Translations under genes and position numbers: made by a program | The notes under the pieces: model-generated | What the model was told of the DNA's origin: nothing | What the model saw: the letters and a program-made list of their open reading frames with translations, nothing else | Database searches by the model: none | From: Saprospiraceae bacterium | Lineage (GTDB): Bacteria; Bacteroidota; Bacteroidia; Chitinophagales; Saprospiraceae | Length of the DNA: 64,000 bases | Direction of reading: 5' to 3' | Assembly (NCBI GenBank): GCA_965230565.1 | Contig: CBDDLH010000016.1 | Span: 1,948,161-2,012,160 of the forward strand | Part shown: one piece after another, positions 39,419 to 48,361 of the stretch | How positions within the stretch are numbered: the stretch's first letter is position 1 | Layout: every line of letters starts with the position of its first letter

Positions 39419-41454
39419 TAATTCAACAGCTTCCATGAAAAGCCAAATCTCAGGAAAGGATTTTGATTGGGCTGATAGGCGGTGGTATAATAAAGCTGAT
39501 TTTTAGAAAGCATGGTCGACAGGTTCTCAAACTTCATAAACCCCCTAAATTTGGTAATTCTGATCGTGAGCCAGAAATCCACACTCGGGAAAAAGTTTAT
39601 TTTTTGACGATCTTCCAGCTGAAATCTACCTGTTACCGGATTATAATAATATCCGTCAAAGGTATCATTATACCGTAGATCAAATCCCATACGGATATAC
39701 AGTTTGTCCTGGAACCATGTGTCATCGTAAAACAAACTGTGCTTCCCATATATCCCCGGAAGTCTGATAAAACTCTCTGAAGCAGCCTGTAGGGCAACAG
39801 TATTATTCAGGTGAAAAACACCAAATTTAAGGTCCCTGGAAAGGATTAATTGTGTAATACTCAGGGGCACACCCGTTTGTCGGGGCAAAGAAAGGGTGTC
39901 GAAATAAATATAATTATTAATAAGGTGGTAGGCACCCGTAGCTTTTATCTTTAAGATAGGAATCAAATAATTAGCTTCAATATTGGTTTCCAGGGTCCTT
40001 TTAAAATCTTTATTCCAAACCTGACGTTGGGTGAGGAAAAACTGATGTTGCAGGTAATCCGGACGGTATAGCTGATTACTGGCCGCCAACCCTAATTCTC
40101 CGGCTTTTCCAAGATCAAAAAACAGTTCTCCTTTGAGCAGATAATCTCCGGCATTGTTGCCTAATCCCAAATGAGCATAGGTTTCCAGACGTAGCTTTTC
40201 ACTGGGCTGAAAATTAAGCTGACCATGGATCAAAATATCATTGAGAATCGTATCTGTTGCTCCTTCCAATTGGACATTATGCCATGTATGAGAAATTCCA
40301 GCCTCAAAAAAGTCCTTATTGGCAACCGTTTTTGGATTACCTACCTGCCCTGCCTTTTTATAGGTCATCAACCTAAAATTGTTCCTCAGGTATTTATGCT
40401 TGAGGTAAAAGCGCATACCGCGGTCATCTGTCTGTAAATCAGGGAACCAATTGTAAAAGTAGGTTGTGTCACCGGCATCGTAATCATCAAAGAACTTATA
40501 ATACGAATCATTATAAAGCACCTGATGCGCAAGGCCAAAAGTTCTTTTGTTGGATTTTATGCTATCGGGTTTTCCAGTCAATCGGTAATAATGCGTATAA
40601 CTCCATTCCCGGTGAGCATGTCTGGTCTGTCCGTCGGCAAGAATTACTGTTCCTGCTGATGGTTCCAGGGTGTAAAGAAAACCCCATAAAGTATCCCGGT
40701 TTGACTCGATGGCCACTCCCCCATTATCCTTGTGCTCCACGGTATTTGCGGCATAGCTGAAATAGGAGGAATATTTTCCATTCTGACTTTGATACCACAA
40801 CCCTGTAGCTAAAGCAGTAAGCCGGTTATTTTGATTGAGATATTGGTTTTGCTCACCCAATTGACTTACCCTTTTATAGTCGATGGTAAAACTGATGCCT
40901 TTGGCAAAATTACGACCGAATTTGGCAGTGAAATAGCTGTCTGCCTGCTCTGCTCCACGCGTATAATCAATTATGGAAAAAGGTCTTTCAATCAGATAAT
41001 ATGGCAGTGTTTCTGCGGTGGTTTGATAAAGGTCGTATTGGTGAAGACCTACATCAAATCCCTTACGAAATCGAGGCTGATATACCAGAAAATTTGTTGC
41101 TGATCCCAGGTATCCCAAATGTGCCAATTCAAGATCTCTTTGCCTTACCGGATCGTATTGTTGAAAATCATCAAGCAGCGTATCTACTAAAAAAGTTAAA
41201 TCCCAGGGCTTGTGTGCCTGAAAGTAATAAATCCCGAAAGTATCCACGTCCGTATCTTCCTGCCTGCCGGAGAATACGGTTGAATCGGGAGTTGCCTGAT
41301 AGCCTTCCTGTTCTCCCGTCACCGGGACATCTGTTCGCTGAGCAAAAGAAACATTGGAGGATAAAAACATCAAAAACAAGACCATACCAATACCCCACTT
41401 TGGCTGAACCAACCGGGATATAAAAAACTGATAAAGTGCTTCGATGAATTTCAT
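39418..41454 (-). CDS. Hypothetical outer-membrane beta-barrel protein (possibly the Bacteroidetes 'putative porin' family)
   Basis: It has a signal peptide ending ...SSNVSFAQ, 678 aa rich in alternating aromatic/hydrophilic strands, and a C-terminal ...FGFSWKLLN. There is no specific catalytic motif. Confidence 0.5.
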   Translation of the reverse strand: MKFIEALYQFFISRLVQPKWGIGMVLFLMFLSSNVSFAQRTDVPVTGEQEGYQATPDSTVFSGRQEDTDVDTFGIYYFQAHKPWDLTFLVDTLLDDFQQYDPVRQRDLELAHLGYLGSATNFLVYQPRFRKGFDVGLHQYDLYQTTAETLPYYLIERPFSIIDYTRGAEQADSYFTAKFGRNFAKGISFTIDYKRVSQLGEQNQYLNQNNRLTALATGLWYQSQNGKYSSYFSYAANTVEHKDNGGVAIESNRDTLWGFLYTLEPSAGTVILADGQTRHAHREWSYTHYYRLTGKPDSIKSNKRTFGLAHQVLYNDSYYKFFDDYDAGDTTYFYNWFPDLQTDDRGMRFYLKHKYLRNNFRLMTYKKAGQVGNPKTVANKDFFEAGISHTWHNVQLEGATDTILNDILIHGQLNFQPSEKLRLETYAHLGLGNNAGDYLLKGELFFDLGKAGELGLAASNQLYRPDYLQHQFFLTQRQVWNKDFKRTLETNIEANYLIPILKIKATGAYHLINNYIYFDTLSLPRQTGVPLSITQLILSRDLKFGVFHLNNTVALQAASESFIRLPGIYGKHSLFYDDTWFQDKLYIRMGFDLRYNDTFDGYYYNPVTGRFQLEDRQKINFFPSVDFWLTIRITKFRGFMKFENLSTMLSKNQLYYTTAYQPNQNPFLRFGFSWKLLN

Positions 41455-41534
41455 ACTCCAATAAACGAAGGTAGATTGGAAAAATAATACGCTTTCCTGC
41501 TTTTAATAATTAATTAACAGGATAAAGGGTGGGT

Positions 41535-41574
41535 AAAAATGAATGGTTGGATCATTCTGCTATTCCAACCATTC
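41535..41574 (-). terminator. Rho-independent terminator after fabI
   Basis: On the minus strand an 11-bp stem GAATGGTTGGA...TCCAACCATTC is followed by TTTTT. Confidence 0.65.
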
Positions 41575-41587
41575 ATTCGTTCAAATA

Positions 41588-42385
41588 CTAATCCTCTAAA
41601 ATCGCCGGATTCATTCCCATATTAGAGAATCCGCCGTCGTGGAAGAGGTTCTGCATGGTCACCATTTTAGTGTAATCGGAGAATAGAGATACACAGTAGG
41701 CTGCACAACTCTCTGCATCCGCATTTCCTAATGGAGACATTTTATCTGCATAACTGAAAAAGTCACTGAAACCTTTAACACCTGATCCGGCAGTAGTCAT
41801 GGTTGGCGACTGAGAGATCGTATTGACCCGAACCTTGTTCCTGGTACCGAAATGATAGCCAAAACTACGCGCGAATGATTCCAGTAATGCCTTGGCTTCA
41901 GCCATCTCACTATAATCCGGGAAGGTACGCTGGGCAGCCATATAAGTCAGGGCCACAATTGATCCCCAATCATTCATTGCATCCAACTTCCACAGGGACT
42001 GCATCACCTTGTGAAAAGAAATAGCAGACACATCAAATGACTTCTGCATCCAGTCATGATTGAGATCCGTATACTCACGCTTTTTACGGACATTGACAGA
42101 CATGCCTATGGAATGCAAAACAAAGTCGAGTTTTCCACCCAGAATCTCCACTGACTTTTCAAACAGGTTGTTCAGGTCATCCATACTGGTAGCATCCGCA
42201 GGAATAATTTCTGCATCCAGCTTTTCAGCCAATTTATTGATCTCTCCAAAACGCATGGCCACAGGGGCATTGGTCAAGGTAATCTTGGCTCCTTCTGCCA
42301 CACAGGCTTCCGCCACTTTCCAGGCGATTGATTGTTCGTCAAGGGCACCAAAAATGACGCCACGTTTTCCACTTAATATTCCCAT
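41588..42385 (-). CDS. fabI: Enoyl-[acyl-carrier-protein] reductase (NADH), FabI
   Basis: The sequence shows MGILSGKRGVIFG...SIAW, LDFVLHSIG, VRVNTISQSPTMTTAGSGVKGF and FHDGGFS, which are hallmarks of the FabI SDR. Confidence 0.8.
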   Translation of the reverse strand: MGILSGKRGVIFGALDEQSIAWKVAEACVAEGAKITLTNAPVAMRFGEINKLAEKLDAEIIPADATSMDDLNNLFEKSVEILGGKLDFVLHSIGMSVNVRKKREYTDLNHDWMQKSFDVSAISFHKVMQSLWKLDAMNDWGSIVALTYMAAQRTFPDYSEMAEAKALLESFARSFGYHFGTRNKVRVNTISQSPTMTTAGSGVKGFSDFFSYADKMSPLGNADAESCAAYCVSLFSDYTKMVTMQNLFHDGGFSNMGMNPAILED

Positions 42386-42425
42386 AAAAAAGTTTTTTTT
42401 ATTTAAGGATCGTTATCCATATAGG

Positions 42426-43064
42426 TTATTGCAACATCCCTGCAACAATAGGCTTAAGCCCACTAAAAAAGAACTCAACGGCAATAACCATCACGATAAG
42501 TCCCATCAGTCTCATTAGCACCTTGTTTCCTGTATCTCCAAGTCTTTTGGAAATTTTGGAAGCGCTGATAAGTATTAAATAAGTTGCAAACATAATCAAC
42601 ACAACCGAGACTATAAAAACTATTTTGTGTTGAATCGTATTTGCTTCCTCCATAAGGATAATACTGTTGGTTATGGCTCCCGGCCCACAAATCATTGGTA
42701 TGGCCAAGGGAGTGATGGAAATGTCATCTACAAAGGCATCAATTTCTTCCTCTTTATCAGTGTGCTTTATTTTACCCAAACGCGCTTGCAACATATCCTG
42801 CCCCATCAAAAAGAAAATGACTCCACCAACAATCTTAAAACTGTTCAGAGAAATTCCAAAAAAATCAAATAACAACTGCCCGGAAAACCCAAACAGAATA
42901 ATGGCGACCGTAGCTACTAAAATTGCTTTTTTGGCCGTTCGCTTCTGATGAACCTTATCCAGATTGGCCGTCATGGTCATGTAAATAGGCATGGTCCCCA
43001 ACGGATTGATAAGCGTAAAAAATGATGTTAATGCCAACAAGCCATAGGTGTATAATGCTTCCAT
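42426..43064 (-). CDS. MarC-family (UPF0056/NAAT) integral membrane protein
   Basis: It has six predicted transmembrane segments, the N-terminal LINPLGTMPIYMTMT, and is 212 aa. Confidence 0.75.
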   Translation of the reverse strand: MEALYTYGLLALTSFFTLINPLGTMPIYMTMTANLDKVHQKRTAKKAILVATVAIILFGFSGQLLFDFFGISLNSFKIVGGVIFFLMGQDMLQARLGKIKHTDKEEEIDAFVDDISITPLAIPMICGPGAITNSIILMEEANTIQHKIVFIVSVVLIMFATYLILISASKISKRLGDTGNKVLMRLMGLIVMVIAVEFFFSGLKPIVAGMLQ

Positions 43065-43258
43065 ATGTCAATTGGTTGATTACCGTTATGTTTTGAATAT
43101 TTTGTTCAAATTGTTCAAGTTGAGCGCAGCGAAATCCCGAACGAGATTTTATATCGAGTGCACATGTAATGTCGGGAGGGTTTAAGGGGTTTAAAGCGTT
43201 CAAGTTCCAATTATATTTCTGAAGACTGAGGACAGCGGACTGAAGACTACATCCCTCC

Positions 43259-44917
43259 TTACTTCGCTCCCAGCAGGTCCCTTGCATTTTGCATGGCTGC
43301 ATCACTCGGAGGATTTTGACTCAGCATCACAGCGATCGCTCTTACTTTTTCTTCCTCATCAAGCAAACGGACTCTGGCAATAGTGCGTTCCTCTGTATCT
43401 TTTTTATAAACAAAATAATGTGCATCCGCCTTGGAGGCAATTTGCGGAGAGTGCGTAATGGATACCACTTGATGTTCGTTGGATAATTGGCGTAGGATTT
43501 CACCCATTTTGATGGCCACATCCCCGGAAATTCCGGTATCGATCTCATCGAAGATTAACGTTGGTAAAGGAATGGCGCTGGCTACGAGTGATTTTGTGAC
43601 TAGGGAGAGCCTTGCCAATTCACCCCCTGAAGCAACTTCTCTAATTTTCTGAAGCGCACCGCCTTTATTAGCAGAGAACAAAAAATTAGCTTCATCCAGA
43701 CCGGATGGCCCCAGATGTCCGGTATCGTTGAGGTTTATATTAAACTGTGCCTGTGGCATGGCCAGCTGACTAAGTAATCCCAAAACTTTTTTCTCAAAAG
43801 GATCAATGATCTTCCTGCGCTTTTCCTGCAATTTCCCGGCCTTGACCATCAGGCTTTTTTCATGCTGGAGGATTTGTTTTTCCAACCGTTCCTCTTCCTG
43901 GCTTTGATTGGCAAAAGAGGCTGATTTCTGCTCAAGATCACTCTGTATCTCCAATAAGGCCTCCAGGGTTTTTACACTATGTTTTTGCTCAAGCCTGTAA
44001 ATTATGTCCAGGCGTTCCTGGTTCTCGACGATTCTTGCCTCGTCGTATTCGGTGTTCTCCGCCAACCGCTCGATCTCCCGCCCGATATCATTCAATTCCT
44101 CTGTCACTGCCAGAAATCGTCCTGCAATGCCTTGAACTCCTGAGTTAACCTTTCCCGAATTCGTCAACAAATTCCCGATCTCTGCCAGTTGAGAGCTTAC
44201 CGACTGTTCGTCCTCAAATAATTGTTGCATACTGGCCAGGAGATTCTTCTTAACCTCCTCGGCATGAGTGAGTTGTGATAGCTCATTTTCAAGTTTTTCC
44301 TGCTCTCCTTCTATGAGTTCCGCCTCATGCAATTCTTTTAACTGGAAATTGACAAACTCAAGTTCCCTGGCTGATTGTGCTGCTAATAACCGCAGTTCCT
44401 CCAGTTGTTTTTTGGCCTTTTGGAAATCCCGATACTCGGTTTGATAATCCTGGAGCATTTTTTTATTTCCGGCCAAAGCGTCCAGCATTTTCATCTGAAA
44501 ATCCTGACGATGGATATCCAGGGTATCAAACTGGTGATGCAAATCGATCAGCGCTGCACTCAGGGTTTTGAGAATATTCAGATTTACCGGAGTATCATTG
44601 ACAAATGCTCTTGACTTTCCACTGGGACTTATTTCCCTGCGCACTATCATTTCGTCATCGTAATCAATTTCATTGGATTCAAGGTAGGCTTTTAATCCAT
44701 ATTCGCTGACATCAAACACTCCCTCCACTACACATTTCTTTCCTTCTTCATACAAAACCTTGCTATCAGCACGCTGCCCGAGGATCAGCCCCAACGCACC
44801 AAGCAAAATAGATTTTCCGGCTCCCGTTTCACCCGTAATAATGGTCAAACCATCCGGAAAATTAATTTCAAGCGACTCGATGATCGCGTAGTTTTTTATC
44901 AACAGGTTTTTAATCAT
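43259..44917 (-). CDS. recN: DNA repair protein RecN
   Basis: The N-terminal Walker A (FPDGLTIITGETGAGKSILLGAL), a central coiled coil and a C-terminal signature/Walker B region (SGGELARLSLV...LIFDEIDTGISG) are present. Confidence 0.9.
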   Translation of the reverse strand: MIKNLLIKNYAIIESLEINFPDGLTIITGETGAGKSILLGALGLILGQRADSKVLYEEGKKCVVEGVFDVSEYGLKAYLESNEIDYDDEMIVRREISPSGKSRAFVNDTPVNLNILKTLSAALIDLHHQFDTLDIHRQDFQMKMLDALAGNKKMLQDYQTEYRDFQKAKKQLEELRLLAAQSARELEFVNFQLKELHEAELIEGEQEKLENELSQLTHAEEVKKNLLASMQQLFEDEQSVSSQLAEIGNLLTNSGKVNSGVQGIAGRFLAVTEELNDIGREIERLAENTEYDEARIVENQERLDIIYRLEQKHSVKTLEALLEIQSDLEQKSASFANQSQEEERLEKQILQHEKSLMVKAGKLQEKRRKIIDPFEKKVLGLLSQLAMPQAQFNINLNDTGHLGPSGLDEANFLFSANKGGALQKIREVASGGELARLSLVTKSLVASAIPLPTLIFDEIDTGISGDVAIKMGEILRQLSNEHQVVSITHSPQIASKADAHYFVYKKDTEERTIARVRLLDEEEKVRAIAVMLSQNPPSDAAMQNARDLLGAK

Positions 44918-45039
44918 GGATTATTTGCAATTAATTCGCAAATTTAATTCTTTTGGACAATAAACTACTATTTTTGTTCATTCGACAAAGGAGGAAATTT
45001 ATAAAACGAAATAAATTCATACAAATCAAAAAAATTAGC

Positions 45040-45540
45040 ATGAACTTTTTAAAATCCTGGCAAAAAGTATTTTTATATATCGCGGCAGTAATGACCATTT
45101 GGGCCTGTAATAATGACCCTGTTGAAGAATGGAGTGAGTTGGACCTTTTACCCTATGGGATTCCTATTTCTATTATGGCTCCGGACAGTGCAGATGTCAA
45201 CATGAGTAACTTAGGTGTGATGAAAGATATTACTGTCAAAAAAGGTAATGAATACAACATTCAGATTTTTGCCTCACCACTGAGTTCGGACAATCTTGGG
45301 GAGTTAAAGGCTTCACAATTGGAAGAAGTTAAATCCAACCGCTTTTTCTCTCAAATCATTACCGATGAACCTAACGGCTTTATTTATGAGACCGTTATTG
45401 ATTCGAATAACATCAATTACGGATTCCGCCACGTATATTATCAGGCGGACCTGGAATATGTCTTTCAGCAAAGTTTGATTGGCTCTTTTACACAGGAACA
45501 AATTGAAAAGATGTATAAGGCTATTAAACAGGGAGAGTAA
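45040..45540 (+). CDS. Hypothetical lipoprotein
   Basis: The ORF track starts at 44953. The start is set at MNFLKSWQKVFLYIAAVMTIWACNND (lipobox Cys). It has no recognisable domain. Confidence 0.5.
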   Translation: MNFLKSWQKVFLYIAAVMTIWACNNDPVEEWSELDLLPYGIPISIMAPDSADVNMSNLGVMKDITVKKGNEYNIQIFASPLSSDNLGELKASQLEEVKSNRFFSQIITDEPNGFIYETVIDSNNINYGFRHVYYQADLEYVFQQSLIGSFTQEQIEKMYKAIKQGE

Positions 45541-45553
45541 AAACTGGTTGCAC

Positions 45554-45609
45554 GTTGCTGCCCCGATACTTCGTGTACGGGATTTCGCTACGCTCAAGTT
45601 GCTGGTAAA
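45554..45609. repeat. Second copy of the conserved roughly 50-bp tail element (with two degenerate heptamers)
   Basis: gttgctgccccgatacttcgtgtacgggatttcgctacgctcaagttgctgg matches 11476-11527 except for two C-to-T changes, which convert C-G pairs to U-G pairs in the predicted hairpin CCCGAyAC-yyC-GTGT(A)CGGG. Confidence 0.8.
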
Positions 45610-45633
45610 AGATATTCTCTTTGATCAAACCAA

Positions 45634-45671
45634 CAAAAAAAGGCTCTGCATTATGCATGAGCCTTTTTTTG
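45634..45671 (+). terminator. Rho-independent terminator (bidirectional shape)
   Basis: AAAAAAA-AGGCTC-tgcattatgca-tGAGCCT-TTTTTTT. Confidence 0.65.
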
Positions 45672-45981
45672 TTTGCAGGGGCTTCCAATTTATTAGGAAG
45701 CTTTGTTAACGAGCTCCAAATTAAATAACAGGAGTATCATTAACAAGATACTTAGAATGATCATGGAATTCGGATTTGGTTTCAAAAAAGGTGTTAAATT
45801 TTCTCTAATCGCCTGTTCGTAAATATGTCACTATCATGGTATAATATATTGCAAAATACAGGAAATGCAGGGTTGTGTCAATGGGAAGGCTGGAATTTTG
45901 TAGTTCTATGGACCAATTCAAACAACTGAATACTAATATTTTCAGCACTGCAAATTTGGTGTAATCAATTGATTATTAACT

Positions 45982-46021
45982 AAAAAGCGGCCAGCGAAAG
46001 ATATCCGCTGACCGCTTTTTT
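45982..46021 (-). terminator. Terminator downstream of the sod gene (bidirectional)
   Basis: AAAAA-GCGGCCAGCG-aaagatat-CCGCTGACCGC-TTTTTT. Confidence 0.65.
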
Positions 46022-46040
46022 CCAGATATATTAAAATCTG

Positions 46041-46673
46041 TTAAAATTCAGAAGCTCCTTCGTTAGCATCATTATAACGCTTGGTAACCGCATCCCAGTC
46101 GATCACATTAAAGAAAGCCTCGATATAATCAGGTCTTCTATTCTGATAGTTGAGGTAGTAAGCATGTTCCCAAACGTCAAGCCCGAGAATTGGTGTACCT
46201 TCTTCTTCAACAACATCCATCAGTGGATTGTCCTGGTTAGCTGTTGAGCAAACGAACAATTTGTCATTTTTATCAACACACAACCAAGCCCATCCTGAGC
46301 CAAAACGAGTAGCAGCTGCCTGGGCAAATTCAGTTTTGAAATTTTCAAAAGAACCAAAATCACGCATAATAGCCTTATGGATATTCATACGCTCTGAAGG
46401 TTCACCACCACCGTTTGGTGACATCACTTTCCAGAAGAGGTCGTGGTTGTAAAAACCACCGCCGTTATTTCTTACACCTCCGGAAGCTTTGGATACATTA
46501 GCCAAAATTTCTTTGATGGATTTTCCTTCAAGGTCAGTACCTTCAATGGCTGCATTCAGCTTATTCGTATACCCGGCATGGTGTTTGGTATGGTGAATTT
46601 CCATGGTACGGGCATCGATGTGTGGCTCCAGCGCATCATATGCGTAGGGTAAATCAGGTAATTTAAAAGCCAT
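46041..46673 (-). CDS. sod: Fe/Mn superoxide dismutase
   Basis: The sequence shows [35 protein letters not shown] and a C-terminal DVWEHAYYL metal-ligand motif. Confidence 0.95.
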   Translation of the reverse strand: MAFKLPDLPYAYDALEPHIDARTMEIHHTKHHAGYTNKLNAAIEGTDLEGKSIKEILANVSKASGGVRNNGGGFYNHDLFWKVMSPNGGGEPSERMNIHKAIMRDFGSFENFKTEFAQAAATRFGSGWAWLCVDKNDKLFVCSTANQDNPLMDVVEEEGTPILGLDVWEHAYYLNYQNRRPDYIEAFFNVIDWDAVTKRYNDANEGASEF

Positions 46674-46699
46674 AATATTTTTTTAGTTTGTTATTGAAT

Positions 46700-46725
46700 G
46701 GTTTGTTTCGACAAATATAAAAATT
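46700..46725 (-). promoter_or_regulatory. Candidate Bacteroidetes sigma-A -7 box (TAnnTTTG) upstream of sod
   Basis: The minus strand reads TATATTTG about 40 nt upstream of the ATG. The -33 element is not convincingly identified. Confidence 0.3.
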
Positions 46726-46883
46726 CTGTATTAGGAAGGGTCAAAAATCCTGTTGTTAAAGCTCACAATTTAATTTTTGAATTATTCCCTTTATCAGCAT
46801 ATACTAAAACAACACGCAATTATCGGATTTGTTTGTATGAAATAAACTATTTTTGCTCGCGAACTGCCTGTTGAAACAATACC

Positions 46884-48041
46884 ATGAGAATTCTAAACGC
46901 TGTAGAATTAAGGATCAAACTAAAAAGGGTTGCCTGGATCACCATAGGCTGGACACTTGCAGCGTTGCTCGACAATATCAATACCCGCACAATTGCCGCT
47001 TCCAGGTACGTGGAAATTTTACCGGACTATGAATTCGACTTTGTTTTTACGGTCAATATCGTCAGTGCCTTTTTCGCCGGAATCATTTCGGCCACCCTAC
47101 TGATCTTTTTCCTCAGAGAACGTTTTCGAAAAGCTTCTTTTGGCCTGGCCATCCTTTTTAATGCCCTTATTATTTCTGCCCTTAATATTGCCATAAGTTC
47201 CGGTTCCTATATTTTATTCTTTGCCTTCAAACTAAAAAAATGGGTCTCCCATCCGGAGGTACTTGAATTCAGCAGTAAACTTATTGGCGACACCCTTTTT
47301 TATAAAAAATTCCTCTTTTGGTTTTTTCTCGTGATGTTGACCATAATCGGCTTGCATGTCAATGAAAAATACGGCCAGGGAGTGCTGGGCAAGCTCGTTC
47401 TGGGTAAGTACTTACACCCCAGGGAAGAAGAACGCATTTTCATGTTCGTCGATATACGGTCGTCAACTACTATTGCAGAACAATTGGGCCACCTGCGCTT
47501 TTTCGAATTACTCAATGATTTTTACAGAGATCTTACGAATCCGATCATTTATAAATCAGGAGAGATCTACCAGTACGTAGGTGATGAGATCGTTATTTCC
47601 TGGCCAATGGACATAGGTCTGCAAAATGCCAATTGCCTCCGTTGTTTCTATGACATCAAGGCTACCCTGGAAACCCTTTCCGGAGAATACAAGGAAAAAT
47701 ACGGCCTGGTTCCTGTGGTAAAAGCAGGATTGCACAGCGGTTTGGTTACCACCGGGGAGATCGGAGTTATCAAAAAAGACATTGTTTTTTCCGGTGATGT
47801 GATGAATACCGCATCACGGATTCAGGCCCAGTGTAACAAATTCGGTGTGGACATCCTGTTGTCGAAAACCCTCCTGGATAAACTCAAACTGCCCCCGGAT
47901 GAATTCCCAAGAAAACGTGTTGGGATGATTGAATTGAGAGGTAAAAAGCAAAGAGTCGAACTCTATTCCTTCGGAGATGAGGAAGCTGAAGTGGAAATCG
48001 AGAAGAGAATGATCAGGAAACGTCGGGATGGGTTTAAGTAA
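46884..48041 (+). CDS. Membrane-anchored class III adenylate/guanylate cyclase
   Basis: An N-terminal multi-transmembrane region is followed by a CHD catalytic domain (FMFVDIRSSTTIAEQLG...YQYVGDEIVISWP...GLHSGLVTTGEIG...FSGDVMNTASRIQ). Confidence 0.8.
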   Translation: MRILNAVELRIKLKRVAWITIGWTLAALLDNINTRTIAASRYVEILPDYEFDFVFTVNIVSAFFAGIISATLLIFFLRERFRKASFGLAILFNALIISALNIAISSGSYILFFAFKLKKWVSHPEVLEFSSKLIGDTLFYKKFLFWFFLVMLTIIGLHVNEKYGQGVLGKLVLGKYLHPREEERIFMFVDIRSSTTIAEQLGHLRFFELLNDFYRDLTNPIIYKSGEIYQYVGDEIVISWPMDIGLQNANCLRCFYDIKATLETLSGEYKEKYGLVPVVKAGLHSGLVTTGEIGVIKKDIVFSGDVMNTASRIQAQCNKFGVDILLSKTLLDKLKLPPDEFPRKRVGMIELRGKKQRVELYSFGDEEAEVEIEKRMIRKRRDGFK

Positions 48042-48125
48042 TTCAGTCATCAGGCTACAGGCTACAGTGGACAGTCAGCAGTCTTAAGTCATTTGTATCA
48101 ATTTTTTGAGGGTGAGTTTTTTGTT

Positions 48126-48243
48126 TGACTTTTGTTTAACCGCAATGGACGCAATGGGTTCGCAAAGATCGCAAAGCAATTTTTGTATACTTAAAACTCC
48201 TTGCATTCCTTGCGACTTCTTGGCGTACTTTGCGGTTAAATAT
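48126..48243. promoter_or_regulatory. Phased CGCAAWGG repeat element, about 220 nt upstream of the giant PKD gene (4 direct copies at 9-11 bp spacing plus inverted copies; 11-bp terminal inverted repeats TTTAACCGCAA)
   Basis: The sequence tttgtttaaccgcaatggacgcaatgggttcgcaaagatcgcaaagcaat...ccttgcgacttcttggcgtactttgcggttaaa has motif starts at 48141, 48150, 48161 and 48170. Confidence 0.55.
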
Positions 48244-48361
48244 TAAAAAAACATCCTTAATTCTACTTTTATACTTGTCTGCTAAAACTCATTCGATAAG
48301 GGCACCTTCCCATTAATTTCCATTAATCCAAAATCAAAACCGACAAGGGGCATTTGTTTTT

